This document shows, in pieces, positions 17,735 to 27,846 of a stretch of 30,820 nucleotides of DNA. The stretch is from the NCBI GenBank assembly GCA_050250255.1, contig JBFWOZ010000034.1, forward strand, positions 1 to 30,820. The letters are read 5' to 3'. Every line of letters begins with the position of its first letter. Positions within the stretch are counted from its first letter, which is position 1. The notes beneath the pieces are model-generated. The model did no database searches, was not told the origin of the DNA, and saw nothing but the letters and a program-made list of their open reading frames with translations. Both the position numbers and the translations under genes were made by a program. The stretch is from Bdellovibrionales bacterium (lineage in GTDB: Bacteria; Bdellovibrionota; Bdellovibrionia; Bdellovibrionales; DASUEL01).

Positions 17735-19633
17735 GTGAATTTGCTTAAAACGACTTTCCCTTTTTTTCTTTGTCTCGTTCTTTTTTCCATGGGTTCCTCC
17801 GCAGGCGCCTCGGAAGCTTTTTCTGAAGCTCTTCTTAAGGAAGTTGCGTTTTCACCCAAATGGCTAAAACTTTTGCACTACAAGTCCAACAATGGACGTT
17901 ACGAGAGTTTAGCTGATGGAAAAGGTTTTTTCTTTTCTCCTAATGGCAAAAGCGATCCTCTCGGAGAATTAAAAGCCAATCTTGAAGCTTTTGGCACAAA
18001 TCGCGAACTAGGATTATTAAAACAAAACACCCAATGTGCCTTTCCAGAACGTTATTTGTTTTTAAAGAAGACTTTTCAACTCAAGTATAAGGATCAAGAC
18101 TGTCCGAAGTTGAAAGAATTTTTATCGCGTTTTAATGCGGAGTCGGTCTCTCTCGTGTTCTCAAGCGCAACCCCGAACAACCCGGCAAGCATGTTTGGTC
18201 ATACTTTTTTAAAAATCAATTCGAAGGGCAAAAGCGATCTTCTCGATTTTGGAGTGAATTTTGCGGCAACGGTTTCTGATGATGAAAATCCCTTTGCTTT
18301 TGTAGCGCTGGGAACCTTTGGTGGCTACGTTGGTCAATATTCTATGCTCCCGTATTATCAAAAAGTTCATGAGTATATCAATATGGAGAGCCGTGATCTT
18401 TGGGAATATGAGCTCAGCCTTACGGAAGAGGAAACAAAGCGCCTTCTCAGTCACACTTGGGAAATCGAAACGAATTCTTACTTTGCCTATTACTTTTTTG
18501 ACGAAAACTGCTCTTATCAACTTTTGGCGGCGATTGAAGCGATCAAACCAGAGTGGAATATTACCAATTTTCCGATTTACGTGATTCCTGGAGAATCCGT
18601 GAAACAACTCACGGAAATTCCCGGTGCGGTGAAAGAGGTTCACTTCCGTCCGTCTTTGCAAAAGAAGATGCTTCAGCATTACGAAGCTATGCACGATGAC
18701 GAGAAGGCGGACTTTGCGAAAGTTCGAGACTCTCGCGCCCATATCGACGAAGTGAAATCACCACTTGTTCTCGAGACTCTCGCCATTAACTATCAGTACG
18801 ATCGTATGCGTGCAGGTAATAAGCCCACCCCTGAAGACAATACCTATCAGCAGGCGCTTCTTAAAAAACGAGCGACCTTAACGGAAGACACAGCATCGCG
18901 TCTCAAACCCATTATCGGAGAAACGCGGCCAGATCTGGGTCACGACTCTTACCGTGTAGGATTTTGGCCTGGAGTCTCTTATCGACAAAATAAAGGTCGA
19001 TTTTTTCAGGAGCTCAGTTGGAAGTCGGCCTATCACGATCTCTTAAATTACGACTTAGGATTTTCTCGTTACTCCCACATCGATTTTCCGGGAATAGATC
19101 TTCGTTGGAATGATGGCGAACGTTTTCTACATGTCGAAAAAATCACAGGCCTCGAAGTGACATCTCTTTTCCCACTGAGCTTTATTGAAAAACGATTGTC
19201 ATGGAAGTTCGCTTCGAACATCTATTCTCCGAAAGATTTTGGTTGCACTTACTGCCAAGTTCTTCATGGTGAAGGTGGAATTGGAGCGGCCATTGATGTT
19301 TTCACGCCCAAGGTCCTCTTTTACGCGCTGGCCCTTGTCCAGGCGGATCTGGGAGATAGTTTTCAACTGGGCTATCGCTATGGACCTAAACTTCAGTCTT
19401 ACTTTTTGTTGAATCCCTGGTTGAAGTACAAGCTTCGAGTGGGGGCCGACGTTGCGTGGGAGGTGAACCCCTTCCACCGCTCTGAGAGGGTCATTTTTTG
19501 GAACCTAGAGCAATCCTACTCTTGGAAAAAAGATTGGGAGACGAGGCTCTTATTCCAAGACATTTCGCCATCTAACGCCTCGCAAAACAAATACAGCGAA
19601 GCCAAATTCAATTTGAACTACTATTTCAATTGA
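17735..19633 (+). CDS. DUF4105 (Lnb N-terminal-like) domain protein with C-terminal beta-barrel-like region
   Basis: WLKLLHY, QCAFPER, PASMFGHTFL, ESRDLWEYEL, YYFFDENCSYQLL. Ends in the aromatic-rich FNLNYYFN, as outer-membrane proteins do. Confidence 0.88.
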   Translation: MNLLKTTFPFFLCLVLFSMGSSAGASEAFSEALLKEVAFSPKWLKLLHYKSNNGRYESLADGKGFFFSPNGKSDPLGELKANLEAFGTNRELGLLKQNTQCAFPERYLFLKKTFQLKYKDQDCPKLKEFLSRFNAESVSLVFSSATPNNPASMFGHTFLKINSKGKSDLLDFGVNFAATVSDDENPFAFVALGTFGGYVGQYSMLPYYQKVHEYINMESRDLWEYELSLTEEETKRLLSHTWEIETNSYFAYYFFDENCSYQLLAAIEAIKPEWNITNFPIYVIPGESVKQLTEIPGAVKEVHFRPSLQKKMLQHYEAMHDDEKADFAKVRDSRAHIDEVKSPLVLETLAINYQYDRMRAGNKPTPEDNTYQQALLKKRATLTEDTASRLKPIIGETRPDLGHDSYRVGFWPGVSYRQNKGRFFQELSWKSAYHDLLNYDLGFSRYSHIDFPGIDLRWNDGERFLHVEKITGLEVTSLFPLSFIEKRLSWKFASNIYSPKDFGCTYCQVLHGEGGIGAAIDVFTPKVLFYALALVQADLGDSFQLGYRYGPKLQSYFLLNPWLKYKLRVGADVAWEVNPFHRSERVIFWNLEQSYSWKKDWETRLLFQDISPSNASQNKYSEAKFNLNYYFN

Positions 19634-19698
19634 ATTCATAAAAAAGCCTCCATACCATTTAATTCACATTAACTAGTTACTCTTCATAAGGAGACATC

Positions 19699-20136
19699 AT
19701 GAAGAAGCTTCTCGTATTATTCGTAGGTTTATTTTTAACTGCTCCAGCTATGGCTGATGATAGCGATGGTTGTGGTCTTGGCTGGCAAGTGACTGACAAG
19801 AAAACTCTTGTTGCTACTACAACTCGCCAAACAACAAACGCCGTTGTTCCTCCATCTTTCGGGATGACTTCTGGAACCATCGGTTGTGCCCAACACGGTT
19901 TCGCTGCTAAGGAACAACAAGCTGTTGAATTCGTTGCTGGTAACTACGAGCCTTTGATCATGGAAATGGCAAAAGGCCAAGGTGAGTACGTTACAGCTCT
20001 TTCTCAGACTATGGGCTGCAAAAATACTGCTGCTTTCGGCGCTTCTTTGAAGAACAATTATTCTTCAATCGTTGGAAAAAGCTCTAACGCTGTTGAACTT
20101 TACAACAACGTAAAAAGCCAAAGCCAGTGCATCTAA
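19699..20136 (+). CDS. DUF3015 family secreted protein
   Basis: Signal peptide; GCGLGW, FGMTSGTIGC, MAKGQGEYVTAL..GC; AAGGAG RBS. Confidence 0.9.
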   Translation: MKKLLVLFVGLFLTAPAMADDSDGCGLGWQVTDKKTLVATTTRQTTNAVVPPSFGMTSGTIGCAQHGFAAKEQQAVEFVAGNYEPLIMEMAKGQGEYVTALSQTMGCKNTAAFGASLKNNYSSIVGKSSNAVELYNNVKSQSQCI

Positions 20137-20156
20137 TCCACTCACGTGGAGAGAAT

Positions 20157-20189
20157 AAAAACGGCGGCCTAGAGTCGCCGTTTTTTTTT
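20157..20189 (+). terminator. Rho-independent terminator
   Basis: AAAAACGGCGGC-ctaga-GTCGCCG followed by T9, just after the DUF3015 stop. Confidence 0.88.
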
Positions 20190-20224
20190 GCCTGAAGCTC
20201 CCTTTCTCAGTAGGGTAAAGCTTC

Positions 20225-21127
20225 ATGAAACAAAGTTTGGCTCTTCTCTTCGTTTGTATTTCTCTATCAGGTTGTTCAAGTCTTCTTTATTATCCCACAC
20301 GCCTAAAATATTCAGAGCCGACGAAGTTGGGTTACGGCTATGTCGAAGAAAAATTTGAGAGCAGTGACGGAACAAAACTTCTTGGTTGGTACTTTCCTGC
20401 CGCAACTTCCAAGGAAGATTTAAAAAAGAAAACGAAAGCTACGACTACTATTATCCACTTCCATGGAAATGGCGAAAACATGTCGTCTCACTACCATTCG
20501 CTCGTGTGGCTCACGAAAGAAAGTTTCAATTTATTCTCCTTTGATTATCGTGGTTATGGGGGAAGTGAAGGGGAGCCTGATCCTGCGGGAGTTCATAAGG
20601 ACGCCTTGGCCGCGATCAAATACATCCTCGAAGATCGAGTCGGAGATAAGCCCGAGCGCGTGATTTTATATGGGCAAAGCTTAGGTGGCGCTGTTTTAAT
20701 GGGAGCCTATGATTCTATCCCGAAAAAAGAAAAAATTTCGGCCGTAGTGATTGAAAGTTCTTTTCCATCCTACCAACGAATCGCGAGACAAAAGCTAGCA
20801 GAGAATTGGTGGTCTTGGATTTTTCAACCTCTGGCCTATGTGGTTCTCTCAGATAAGTACAGTGGCGAAAAGAAAATCGAAAAAATATCTCCGGTTCCTT
20901 TATTTGTACTACATGGAGATAAAGACCCAATTGTGGGTTTTGAAAACGGTGAAAAAGTCTACGAATTAGCCAAAGAACCTAAGTTTTTCTGGAGAATTCC
21001 CGGCGGGCAACATCTTGATCTCATGTACATCGAAAAAGAGAAAAATCGTAACACTCTTGCGGCGGTATTAAGAGCGCTCATTGCTAAAAAGTACGATCAA
21101 ATTCCCATGCTTATCCAGCCTCAATAG
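20225..21127 (+). CDS. Alpha/beta hydrolase lipoprotein (YfhR/ABHD13-like)
   Basis: Lipobox LSGC; HFHGNGEN, FDYRGYGGSEG, GQSLGG nucleophile elbow, HGDKDPIV, GGQH. Confidence 0.92.
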   Translation: MKQSLALLFVCISLSGCSSLLYYPTRLKYSEPTKLGYGYVEEKFESSDGTKLLGWYFPAATSKEDLKKKTKATTTIIHFHGNGENMSSHYHSLVWLTKESFNLFSFDYRGYGGSEGEPDPAGVHKDALAAIKYILEDRVGDKPERVILYGQSLGGAVLMGAYDSIPKKEKISAVVIESSFPSYQRIARQKLAENWWSWIFQPLAYVVLSDKYSGEKKIEKISPVPLFVLHGDKDPIVGFENGEKVYELAKEPKFFWRIPGGQHLDLMYIEKEKNRNTLAAVLRALIAKKYDQIPMLIQPQ

Positions 21128-21220
21128 ATGAATATATTTTAGCCACATCGGTATTAAAGATAGAAAGATTTTTCTTCTGTTAAACGAGCAGGCTTATGGG
21201 CTTTCTCAGTGGTATCTTTG

Positions 21221-21236
21221 TGGCACTTTGATTGCT
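21221..21236 (+). promoter_or_regulatory. sigma-54 (-24/-12) promoter
   Basis: TGGCACTTTGATTGCT is near-perfect to TGGCAC-N5-TTGCW, 35 nt upstream of ATG 21272. Confidence 0.8.
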
Positions 21237-21271
21237 CATGGACAAAGTCACGTTCGCTAAAGGAGTTGTTC

Positions 21272-23563
21272 ATGGGTGGTATCCGGCAGATAGTTTCTCT
21301 CGTAGTGGGTTTACTTTTTTTCACAGCCTGTACAAAAGAAATCAACAATACACGTGAAATTGCTCCTGCCGACAAGCCTCCAGTTGCAACTCCAGCCGCT
21401 CCTGTAACGGCTTCACCTACGGGCAGCATTACGATCTCTAAAGAATTTTTGGATCACGATCTTATTCTCGGCGGGTATATTTCTAACTTCGAAGTGGATT
21501 CCGACCTAGGGAACTTACCGGGCCTTCATTTCACAGGTCTTTCCACTCGTTTGATTCGTATCAAGCAAAAGAAAACTGCAAGTGGTGAAACGCTTGAGTT
21601 TACCAGGTCTCAACAGCGTCCTTGGGAGGGTAGTGCTACTGGAACTTCTCACTCTACGTTTCTCGGTAAAGTTTCAGTGAGAAAAATAACAGACACTCAT
21701 GTCTCTGTAGACGCCGGGGATCTTGGAACTGCCATTGCAGAAATGTTTAAGATTGAAGGCATTATAGCCAAAGACAACGTGGTAAGAGCCTCGGATCAAG
21801 TGAAGACCTTTGCAGATGGCTTTGGGATTGATATTGAAGAAAAAATTCTTGTTCCTGTTCAGAAACAGGAATCCCAGCTCTCTGTAGCGGTGACTTTAAA
21901 TTTTAATATTTTCTTTAAAAAATGGGTTCGAAACGAAAAATTCCAAGAACAAACCATCAGCAAAAATTATGGTTATTTTACTCTGAATGACATGTTTCGT
22001 CGCTCAGAAGATACATATAAAAGAGAGGCACAGAAAAACCCGCAAGCAAAGATTTTGAAATGGGATTTAAATAAAGTGCTCGTGTTTTCCATGGAAAAAA
22101 ACACTCCCGAAAGATTTAAACCAATTATCAAATCGGCGGTAGAAACCTGGAATCAAGTCTTGCGAGCAGAAGCGGGACTCGAAAAAGACTTTATTCGTGT
22201 TGAAGAATCTCAAGAGACGCTCGAGCAGGTTGGAAACCCTTCTAAAAACATCATCTACTGGGAAAATGATATGTCAAAAGGGGCTTCTTTAGCACGAGCA
22301 ACATGGTCCAATGATCCACTGACGGGAGAGATATTTAATGCCCATGTGTACGTGGGTGGGACACGACTCGTTCGTAAGCTTGAAGAGATTTATGCTTTTC
22401 ATGGAAATGTCCGAACTTCTTCGAGTCCACTTGCACCCGTAGCTCAGGCCCTTCAAGGTTTGATTCCTTCTGAAGCTTTAAAGCAACTTTGGAATATTGA
22501 AGCTCCTTCGCAGACTCCCTTGTCACTTTCTTTCGCTGGTAACACGCTGAAGAATTTTGTTGAAGATGATTTTTTGACGTACACACCTCCGTTAGCACTT
22601 CGTGATGAGCGAGCGGTTCTGAGTCGAGAAGAATACATTGATCAAAGCATTCATAATATCTTAATGCACGAAGTAGGGCATATCCTAGGATTACGACACA
22701 ACTTCAAAGGAAGTTTGAGTTATCAAAAAGGAAAGACTCCCTCTACTTCCATTATGGATTACGCCAGCAATTGGACTTATTTAAGAGGGGAGCAACTGAA
22801 AACTCCAGGTGCTTATGATCGTCAGGCCATCGCTTATGGATACGCGAACAAAAAAATCAGCGAGAAGGAAGCTCTCCCTTTTTGCACGGATGACGAAATC
22901 AATCTTAAATTTGGGACTAGCTATAAAACAGAATATGATCCATCTTGTGCAAAGGACGATGAGGGTGCGCGCCCGCTCGTTGAGTATTATCTGCCTTACT
23001 TAAATAAGCTCTACCAAGCTATTGATTTAGAGCAAAATAGCTACTATCGCGACGAGCTCTTTGTGAAATTCGCGGACCTCTTCACGCTTCAGGCCACGCT
23101 ACAGACTGCTAGCCTTAAAGTCCCTCAAGAAGATAAAGATCGTATGTGTGAAGCCGTGGCAGAGATTTTAGCACTTCCGGTTGGCCAATCTGCCGAAACA
23201 GTGGATATCAGGCTTTCTACCGCACTTGTCTATCTCTATCGCTCCACTCCGATGTCTTTAGACACGGGTCGTACTTTGTGCGCCAGCTTTTTAACAAAAG
23301 TGAGAGAGCTCATTTTAGGTAGTGAACAAAGTCACGTCGCTTCTTCTTTGAAAGCCCGCATAAAGCTTCTTGATATTTTTGTTTCGGCGACAAAGCGTAC
23401 TCCGAACAAAGACAATCGTCGAATGGCACTCGCCACTTTGGCGGATTTAAGATCGCAATTGTCTCAGAAGAAAAAATCAAGCGATGTGACAATTCGAGAA
23501 GAAGCGAAAGTCTTATCGGATCTTTTAGAGAAGAAGTTTTTAGTAGATAATATTAAGGATTAA
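21272..23563 (+). CDS. Metzincin zinc metalloprotease lipoprotein (EcxA/DUF4953-like)
   Basis: AAGGAG RBS before ATG 21272; lipobox FTAC; DPLTGEI, HEVGHILGLRHNF, SIMDY Met-turn, GAYDRQAIAYGY, FCTD. Confidence 0.9.
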   Translation: MGGIRQIVSLVVGLLFFTACTKEINNTREIAPADKPPVATPAAPVTASPTGSITISKEFLDHDLILGGYISNFEVDSDLGNLPGLHFTGLSTRLIRIKQKKTASGETLEFTRSQQRPWEGSATGTSHSTFLGKVSVRKITDTHVSVDAGDLGTAIAEMFKIEGIIAKDNVVRASDQVKTFADGFGIDIEEKILVPVQKQESQLSVAVTLNFNIFFKKWVRNEKFQEQTISKNYGYFTLNDMFRRSEDTYKREAQKNPQAKILKWDLNKVLVFSMEKNTPERFKPIIKSAVETWNQVLRAEAGLEKDFIRVEESQETLEQVGNPSKNIIYWENDMSKGASLARATWSNDPLTGEIFNAHVYVGGTRLVRKLEEIYAFHGNVRTSSSPLAPVAQALQGLIPSEALKQLWNIEAPSQTPLSLSFAGNTLKNFVEDDFLTYTPPLALRDERAVLSREEYIDQSIHNILMHEVGHILGLRHNFKGSLSYQKGKTPSTSIMDYASNWTYLRGEQLKTPGAYDRQAIAYGYANKKISEKEALPFCTDDEINLKFGTSYKTEYDPSCAKDDEGARPLVEYYLPYLNKLYQAIDLEQNSYYRDELFVKFADLFTLQATLQTASLKVPQEDKDRMCEAVAEILALPVGQSAETVDIRLSTALVYLYRSTPMSLDTGRTLCASFLTKVRELILGSEQSHVASSLKARIKLLDIFVSATKRTPNKDNRRMALATLADLRSQLSQKKKSSDVTIREEAKVLSDLLEKKFLVDNIKD

Positions 23564-23564
23564 A

Positions 23565-24206
23565 ATGAAGGCATATCTTTATACACTTATTTTAGTTTTG
23601 TTTCCGTTCGTGAGTTCTGCGCAAACGCCTTCAGAAGCGGGCCCTTGGAGAGCTTTAACGATGATGGAAGTTGCAAATAGCGATGAAATTCTGAAATGCT
23701 CTTACTGTTTGCTTTCGAAGTCGTCGTCATTTACCACAGTTAGCTATGGTGGCAATATCGAGGCAGGGGCTTGGATTGTAAGAAATGGTGATCAAGCCTC
23801 TTGTATTTTTCTTCGCAATACGCAGCAAGATTCACGAATTACTATTAACCCAAAAGAAAATCCGCGACCTGGAAATGCCATTGCTCTGATTCATTCTCAT
23901 CCTATGGATACGAGTCCAAAATTAAGTCCAGGAGATTTTGTGGCGGCTCAGAAGTTAAACATGCCCGTCCTTTCGGTGGGTGCAAGAGCGGGTTCTGGGT
24001 TTGCGGGTATCTGGAGCTATTCTCCTCCAAGACCTGTTGCTCCAGAGCAGATAAAAGACGAGTCTGAGCCAGAGAGTGTAAAATTAGTGGATATCGAGCC
24101 AATCCTGGATGCGGGGAAAAGCATAAAAAACATCAAAAAGACGATGGATCGCGACGTTTGTGGTGAGATTCCCACTGTTCAAAAGCTTGAATCTCCAGAG
24201 CTCTGA
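23565..24206 (+). CDS. Secreted protein with JAB/MPN+ (JAMM)-like motif
   Basis: Signal peptide ending SSA; IEAGAWIV...IHSHPMDTSPKLSPGD matches E...HxH-x7-S-xx-D. Confidence 0.65.
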   Translation: MKAYLYTLILVLFPFVSSAQTPSEAGPWRALTMMEVANSDEILKCSYCLLSKSSSFTTVSYGGNIEAGAWIVRNGDQASCIFLRNTQQDSRITINPKENPRPGNAIALIHSHPMDTSPKLSPGDFVAAQKLNMPVLSVGARAGSGFAGIWSYSPPRPVAPEQIKDESEPESVKLVDIEPILDAGKSIKNIKKTMDRDVCGEIPTVQKLESPEL

Positions 24207-24260
24207 CACACCTTAAAAAGGCTTTATTTCCTAAGGGAAAATAGGGTTTAATCTAACCCT

Positions 24261-26495
24261 ATGGCTTACATCGGAAAATCGGTTTTACGTAAAGAAGGTC
24301 AGGACAAAGTTCGAGGCGCGGCCAAGTACATTGATGACCTCACTTTTCCTGACATGCTTCATGGAGTAACGATTCGTAGTTCGATCGCCCGTGGAAAAAT
24401 CAAGAACATTCATTTTGATCCTTCGGTGAATTGGTCAGAATATACGATTGTTACCGCAAAAGACATTCCTGGCAAAAATCATGTAGCGCTGATTCAAAAT
24501 GATCAGCCTTACCTCGTGGATCAGATGATCAACCATCCTGAAGAAGCGGTGGTGCTTATCGCCCACCCCGATAAACATCAGGCGGAACTTGCGCGCACCA
24601 AAATAAAAATTGAAACCGAAGCGATGCCCGGGGTTTTTTCGATTCAAGACTCTTTAGATAAAAAACAAATCATCTGGGGCCAGGATAACGTCTTTAAAAA
24701 ATATCTTGTCGATAAAGGCAATGTGGACCCGGTATGGTCGCAAGCCCACATGGTTGTTGAAGACGAATACTCTACCGGTGCGCAAGAGCAACTTTACATT
24801 GAACCCAACGGCATGGTCGCCGTTGCGGATAAAGAAAATGGCGTAACGGTTTGGGGATCTCTCCAGTGTCCTTTCTATGTTCACAAAGCGCTGATTGATC
24901 TCTTTGCCTTGCCTCAAAATAAAATTCGTGTTGTGCAGGCGGCTACGGGCGGTGGATTTGGTGGGAAAGAAGAATATCCTTCCATGATTGCGGGACATAC
25001 CGCTCTTCTTGCATGGAAGTCTGGAAAGCCCGTGAAAATGATCTACGATCGTGCCGAGGATATGGTTTGTACAACGAAGCGACATCCTTCGCGCACGAAA
25101 CATCGCACCGCCGTTTCAAAAGAGGGAAAACTCCTCGCAATGGAAATAGATTTTGTGATCGATGGGGGAGCTTATATCACGCTATCTCCAGTGGTTCTTT
25201 CTCGAGGAACGATTCACGCGGCCGGCCCCTACGAATGTGATCATGTGAGAATCAAAAGCCAAGCGGTTGCGACGAACGCGCCTCCTCATGGAGCCTTTCG
25301 CGGTTTTGGAGCTCCGCAAAGTTTATTTGCCTTAGAAAAACATATGGATGTCGTAGCCAAAAAAGTGGGCCTCACTCCTGAGGAGTTTCGTCGTCGTAAT
25401 TTTTTAAAAACCAATTCTCGAACAGCCACGAAGCAACTGATTAAAGAAAAAATAGATCTACCAGCGCTGATGGATCTTGGCCTTCGTAACACAAAGTACT
25501 TTGAAAAAAGAAAAAAGTACGAAACGTCTAATAAAAATGGACCGATCAAACGCGGCATTGGATTTGCGACTTTCATGCATGGAGCAGGATTCACCGGGAG
25601 CGGTGAGAAGTATTTAGCTTCTCAAGTGGGCATTGAGGCGACAGAAGAAGGAAACATTCGAGTTCTCGCTGCGAGCACGGAAATTGGTCAAGGAACCAAT
25701 ACGGTATTCTCCCAAATCGTGGCCGATGCGCTGCAAATCTCTTACGAGTCAGTGGAGGTTTTGCAGCCCGATACATCCAAGGTACCTAACAGCGGTCCAA
25801 CCGTGGCTTCAAGAACTTGCATGATTGTAGGGAAGCTTGTGGAGTCTGCGGCTTTAGGACTCAAGCAAACCCTCACTCAAAGTGGGCTTTTAAAAACGAC
25901 TTACACAGATAAAGAATTTCGATTGGCTGTTTTAGAATACTTAAAAAAATTCGGAACCCTTAAGTGCGTTACCGAATATAAACAACCGAACGATGTTCAA
26001 TGGAACGATGAAAAATATGAAGGTGATGCTTATGCCGCTTTTGCGTGGGCCATTTATGTTGCTGACATAAGCGTCGACACCCGTACTTACGAGACGCGAG
26101 TGGAAGATTTCTACGCGCTTCAGGAAATTGGCCGCGTTGTGCATCCGCTCATGGCTGAAGGACAAATTGAAGGTGGGGTCGCTCAAGGAATTGGCTATGC
26201 GCTTTACGAAAAAGTGGTTTGGAAAGAAGGACGCATGATGAATGGTCAGATGACCAATTATATTATGCCCACCTCAGCGGATCTTGGATCTCTTCGTGTG
26301 GAATTTTTAGAAAATCCTACGGAGCATGGCCCAGGGGGCGCGAAAGGAATTGGAGAACTTCCAATGGACGGTCCAGGGCCAGCAATCCTCAACGCGATCG
26401 AGATGGCCGTAGGTAAAACACCTAAGTTTATTCCGTTTCTTCCAGAAGATATGAGACGTCTTTTGAAGAATGAGAAGATGGAAGGCCGCGCATGA
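24261..26495 (+). CDS. Xanthine dehydrogenase family molybdopterin-binding subunit
   Basis: GGGFGGKEE, AFRGFGAPQ, EIGQG, SGPTVASRT, GQIEGGVAQGIG, KGIGELP. Confidence 0.95.
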   Translation: MAYIGKSVLRKEGQDKVRGAAKYIDDLTFPDMLHGVTIRSSIARGKIKNIHFDPSVNWSEYTIVTAKDIPGKNHVALIQNDQPYLVDQMINHPEEAVVLIAHPDKHQAELARTKIKIETEAMPGVFSIQDSLDKKQIIWGQDNVFKKYLVDKGNVDPVWSQAHMVVEDEYSTGAQEQLYIEPNGMVAVADKENGVTVWGSLQCPFYVHKALIDLFALPQNKIRVVQAATGGGFGGKEEYPSMIAGHTALLAWKSGKPVKMIYDRAEDMVCTTKRHPSRTKHRTAVSKEGKLLAMEIDFVIDGGAYITLSPVVLSRGTIHAAGPYECDHVRIKSQAVATNAPPHGAFRGFGAPQSLFALEKHMDVVAKKVGLTPEEFRRRNFLKTNSRTATKQLIKEKIDLPALMDLGLRNTKYFEKRKKYETSNKNGPIKRGIGFATFMHGAGFTGSGEKYLASQVGIEATEEGNIRVLAASTEIGQGTNTVFSQIVADALQISYESVEVLQPDTSKVPNSGPTVASRTCMIVGKLVESAALGLKQTLTQSGLLKTTYTDKEFRLAVLEYLKKFGTLKCVTEYKQPNDVQWNDEKYEGDAYAAFAWAIYVADISVDTRTYETRVEDFYALQEIGRVVHPLMAEGQIEGGVAQGIGYALYEKVVWKEGRMMNGQMTNYIMPTSADLGSLRVEFLENPTEHGPGGAKGIGELPMDGPGPAILNAIEMAVGKTPKFIPFLPEDMRRLLKNEKMEGRA

Positions 26496-26977
26496 AAAAA
26501 GAAGATGTAAAAAAGGAGAAAGTCACCTTTCAAGTCAACGGCAAGATTCAAACAGTCGAAGCTTACCCTATGGAGCGCCTTCTTGATGTTTTAAGAACGG
26601 AAGTTCAGCTCACCGGAACCAAAGAAGGTTGTGGTGAAGGAGAATGTGGTGCATGTTCTATTTTCATGAATGGTCTACTCGTGAATAGTTGTCTTGTTCC
26701 CGTTCACCAAGCAAAAAATGTCCAGGTCACGACGATTGAAGGACTGAGTGAAGATAAAAATCTTCATGTGATGCAAAAAGCCTTCTTGGAATGTGGGGGA
26801 GCCCAATGCGGGATTTGCACTCCAGGAATGATCATGGCTTCTTGTCATCTGTTAGAAAAAAATAAAAATCCTAGTCGCCAAGAAATTGCCGAAGCTTTAT
26901 CTGGAAATCTCTGCCGCTGCACCGGATACACCAAAATTTTGGATTCTGTGGAGCAAGCCCTCAAGGAGCGCACATGA
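26492..26977 (+). CDS. XDH family (2Fe-2S)-binding subunit
   Basis: GTKEGCGEGECGAC, QCGICTPG, GNLCRCTGY. Confidence 0.96.
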   Translation: MKKEDVKKEKVTFQVNGKIQTVEAYPMERLLDVLRTEVQLTGTKEGCGEGECGACSIFMNGLLVNSCLVPVHQAKNVQVTTIEGLSEDKNLHVMQKAFLECGGAQCGICTPGMIMASCHLLEKNKNPSRQEIAEALSGNLCRCTGYTKILDSVEQALKERT

Positions 26978-27846
26978 GAGGTTTTGTTCCTAATTACTCC
27001 ATGGTTTCTCCAAAAAATCTGTCTGAGGCTCTCAGTCTCTTGGAGAAAAATCCTTCGCTGAAACCCTTTGCGGGTGGAACCGATATTATGGTTCTCTTTG
27101 AAGCAGGAAAATTAGAAGCAAAAGAATTTCTCGATATCAATCAGCTCTCCGAATTAAAAAAGATTAAGGTAGAGCCTCAACATATTGAAATTGGGGCCTT
27201 GGCAACCTACACCGACATTGCACAAAATCCTGAGATTCAAAAAGAGTTTCCTATGCTTGTGCAAGCGGCCACTCTTACGGGCGCCGTGGCGATTCAAAAT
27301 CGCGGAACTATCGGCGGGAATATCGCAAACTCTTCTCCCGCTGCGGATACACCACCCGCTTTACTCGCCTACGATGCGGCATTGATTCTCACATCTTCAA
27401 AAGGGGAGAGACAGATTTCTATTTCGCAATTTTTTAAGGCCTACAAAAAGACGGCTTTAGAAAAGGGTGATTTGATCACGAAAGTGATTTTAAAAAGAAA
27501 CTTTCAGCCAACTGATGTTCACTATTATCACAAAGTGGGAACGCGGAAAGCGCAGGCGATTTCGAAAGTGTGTTTTGCGGCTTTTGCAAATATGGAAAAT
27601 CAAAAAATATTGAATGTACGTATCGGCCTTGGGAGTGTAGGACCGACTTCTCAAAGGGCTCTCCAGACGGAAGCTCTTTTAAAGGGGCAAGTGGTCAACG
27701 ATTCGCTGATTCAAAAGGCCAGAGCCTCTCTTGCCCAAGAAATTGTTCCTATAGACGATATACGCTCAGATTCTGCTTACAGACTTGACGTAGCCTGCAA
27801 TCTTTTAGAAGACTTCCTGCATGGATTGGCTCGCCGGCCTTCATGA
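26974..27846 (+). CDS. XDH family FAD-binding subunit
   Basis: AGGTD, IQNRGTIGGNIANSSPAAD, PIDDIRS..YR. Confidence 0.95.
   Translation: MRGFVPNYSMVSPKNLSEALSLLEKNPSLKPFAGGTDIMVLFEAGKLEAKEFLDINQLSELKKIKVEPQHIEIGALATYTDIAQNPEIQKEFPMLVQAATLTGAVAIQNRGTIGGNIANSSPAADTPPALLAYDAALILTSSKGERQISISQFFKAYKKTALEKGDLITKVILKRNFQPTDVHYYHKVGTRKAQAISKVCFAAFANMENQKILNVRIGLGSVGPTSQRALQTEALLKGQVVNDSLIQKARASLAQEIVPIDDIRSDSAYRLDVACNLLEDFLHGLARRPS

Noticed and set aside
21209..21271. Upstream GTG start of the metzincin ORF
   Set aside because: It overlaps the sigma-54 promoter. The RBS and lipoprotein signal support ATG 21272.
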